Below, piece by piece: positions 61,353-64,000 of a stretch of DNA of 64,000 nt. The number at the start of each line of letters is the position of its first letter. Position 1 is the stretch's first letter. The notes beneath the pieces were generated by a model. That model was given only the letters and a program-made list of their open reading frames with translations, searched no databases and was not told the origin of the DNA. Origin of the DNA: Vicugna vicugna. Taxonomy: Eukaryota. The position numbers were made by a program, and so were the translations under genes. The stretch is taken from assembly GCA_013265495.1 (NCBI GenBank), contig MU058059.1:2207502-2271501 (forward strand). Direction: 5' to 3'.

Positions 61353-63073
61353 AAAATTGTTGGAATGAAAAATGCTTGTTAATGCTTCAGGGAGTTTAAA
61401 TATACATGTCATGTCGATGTTTGACATGAAAACTGTTAGGAGAAAGAGAGAAAGAATTACAGAAACATCTGAGAACAATGTGTTTGGAATAACTTGTATC
61501 GTCTTCATTCGTGCCCTCCTTTAACTTCATGCAGAAATAACTGGGGTCTTCCTTAAGTGTAGGCTTTGTTTTATTGAGCTTCATTGCAAAACTCCAAAAA
61601 TATTTCCTTGCAACTTCCTTTGAGGAAAGTCATTTGCCCCCTTTTGGACGTGTTTGGTTTGGGTGTTAAGCTGACTTGTGCTGAGTGCTACTGCCTGTTA
61701 ATGTCTGCCAGGCCTTGGCGTCCCAGGCATTTGCTTTTCCTCCTCACCTAGGCTGAGCGTCTGCAAGATCAGCGCGTGGCCAGATGCCGCCTGCAAGGCC
61801 TGCGAGTGTGCAGAGCCCTTCCTTCCTGCCTCTCTCTCTGCTTCGCTGGAGGACTGTTTGTCTCCCCACCCTCTCCCTTCCTTCATCCTCCTTCCTTTCT
61901 GCTGCTGGCTGGTGAGTGTGGCTTTAAAATGGACAAACCCCCTGCTCCCCTGGCTCAGAAGGAGTGATTTCTGTCCTTTCAGGGAGCTGCTGTGAACACA
62001 CAGTGGCCTGTTGAGTTTCTGCGAAGCCGGTGGGTTCACAATGAAGCATTGATCCCTGGCCGCCACAGCCAGCCTGGGCTCAGGCCAGACGCACTTCCAG
62101 GGGGTGTTTGGGTCTGTCCCGTGGGCTTCTGTTTGTAGTTAAGTCAGTTGGGGGCTTGCTTCCCCTCAGGCCCACCCTTATAACGTGGTGATCAGCTGCC
62201 GTAGAGATTTTGATGCCGACATAATCCTCTATGAAACCATCACTTTGCATCATGTGGGCGGGCTATTTCCTCACTCCAGAAATGGTGTTTGGTGGATGCA
62301 TTGATCCAAGTGGTTACTGTGAACTGAGCCTGACCTATTTCCTCCTTTATTGAAGATTTACTAGAATTGTCTCTCTCTCTCTGGGGGAATGGAAAACGAT
62401 CCAGGTTGCGAAAGCATTGTTCCAATTCTTTTCATGCTGAGCAAGTCTCCCTGCTAAATTTGGGACTTCAGGAGACATATTTAGGATCCAGAGGGTTAAG
62501 AGTGAGACACGGTGGCTGCCTGGCCACGTGCCAGATGCCAGGAGGTGAGACTGGAGGTTCCCGACAGGGTCTGGACATAGCGGCTGCCCTGTGAACAAAA
62601 AACAGACGCCAACTTGATTTGCACGGGGTGTGTGTTAAAATCTAGAAAACTAGGCGATCTCTGGTGTGGGAAATCCCAGCTTGAGTGACAGCACCTGGAA
62701 ATACTCATTTCCATTCAAATGAGTCTGAAGTTGGCCCTGCAGGGGCTGCAGGGGAACATTGGCAACTGGGGTTTGTTTCGGGAATGTTAAGTGTTGATGG
62801 TGATGCCAAATGTAGGACTGGTGAAGGAATGTATGTGCCTGGGAGGAGGGAATGAAAGGATTTCTGAGTTTTATTTTGCCATCACCATCCTGTGAGATGC
62901 GTGGTCCAGCAGTAGCTGGAAGCAAGGAGAGAGATGACAGAGGGCTCTCTGGAAAGATGCCTGGGAGGCGTCCTGGTGCCACATTCATTTCCACGGGAAT
63001 AGGGGCACAAGTGTAGCAGCCAGCCAAGGTTTCTGACACTGTGGTTGGAAGAGAAATAATTCTTCTAATCTAG

Positions 63074-63732
63074 TTTTTTTTAAATTGAAGTATAGTTGGG
63101 GAGGATATAGAAACTTAATTACCTCCCCTCAAAAAAAATTAAAAATATAAAATAAATGAAGTAGAGTAGTTTACAAGGTTGTGTCAATTTCTGGTGTACA
63201 ACACAGTGCTTCAGTCCTACATGAACATACATGTATTTGTTTTCATATTCTTTTTCATTGTAGGTTACTACAAGATATTGACTATAGTTCCCTATGCTAC
63301 ATAGTAAAACTTGTTGTTTATCTGTTTTAAGTATAGTAGCTGGTATCTGCAAGTCCCAGACTCCCAGTTTATCCTTTCCCGCCCTTTTTCTCCCTTCACC
63401 ATAAGTTTGTTTTCTATGTCTGTGAGTCTATTTCTGTTTTGTAAATAAGACCATTTGTGTCATTTTTTTAGATTCCACATACAAGTGGTATCATATGGTA
63501 TTTGTCTTTCCCTGTCTGGCTTACTTCATTTAATATGATAATCTCCAGTTTCATCCATGTTGCTGCAAATGGCATTATTTTATTATTTTTTATGGCTGAG
63601 TAGTATTCCATTGTATATATAGACCACAACATCTTTATCTAGTCATCTGTCGATGGGCATTTTGGTCATTTCCATATCATGGCTATTGTAAATAGTGCTG
63701 CTGTGAACATTGGGGGGCATATGTCTTCAAAT
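63074..63732 (-). mobile_element. 5'-truncated lineage-specific L1 3' end containing a short SINE remnant (63098-63153, +)
   Basis: Same tail family; TSD TTCTTCTAATCTAG (63060-63073) and TTCTTCTAGTTTAG (63733-63746). Confidence 0.9.
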
Positions 63733-64000
63733 TTCTTCTAGTTTAGGATGGAATGATAAAAATTCTAATACGCTCTTATTTTTCAGTAGTGTTACACAGT
63801 AATTTTCAATCTAAAATTGCATTAAAGCTGTCTTACGCTGCCCCCACCCCCCTGCCAAATAGAGTTTTGGCTTTTCTCTTTTGGTGTTGACACTTTGGTA
63901 ACCTTTGTAATATGGAGAAAAACTTCCACTGTGTTACAGATGATTTTGTAATATGACCAACTATGTCAGTTTTACCCACTAGAATCTTAATAAATATTGT

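Larger units (their letters stand above)
28054..64000 (+). other. PTPRM: PTPRM intron 1 (continues beyond the window)
   Basis: Starts GTAAGC; no sequence encoding the expected MAM-domain start (GCLFDEPYSTCGYSQ) was seen downstream, consistent with the very long first intron known for this gene. Confidence 0.88.

Noticed and set aside
1..64000. CRISPR array, operon, rRNA, mitochondrial insertion or coding processed pseudogene
   Set aside because: No regularly spaced repeat-spacer array and no ORF or nucleotide stretch resembling these was recognised; short or diverged cases could be missed without a search.

Overview
Mammalian genomic DNA, very probably a camelid (Camelus or Vicugna), judged from the tRNA-derived SINEs starting GGGGAGGGTATAGCTCAGTGG and the recurring lineage-type L1 3' ends. 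The only protein-coding sequence I can support is the first coding exon of PTPRM (receptor tyrosine phosphatase mu): 27981-28053, + strand, MSRLGTCLATLAGLLLTAAGDTFS/G, followed by a GTAAGC donor, inside a CpG island at about 26.7-29.0 kb. About 27 kb upstream is intergenic and about 36 kb downstream is the start of intron 1; I did not find exon 2. The rest is transposable-element debris (L1, HAL1, CR1/L3, MIR, MaLR/ERVL LTRs, Tigger2, MER3/MER5, SINEs); family names come from recalled consensus sequences, not a database search. I see no convincing new biological system. The most interesting signals are retrotransposition by-products bounded by target-site duplications (TSDs): a 314-nt orphan insert with a perfect 18-nt TSD, two apparent L1 3' transductions, a 3'-extended SINE and an internally deleted SINE. 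There are also two near-exact local duplications that may be assembly artefacts, a double hairpin upstream of the promoter and a few intronic motif clusters. Almost all entries in the ORF track are spurious.
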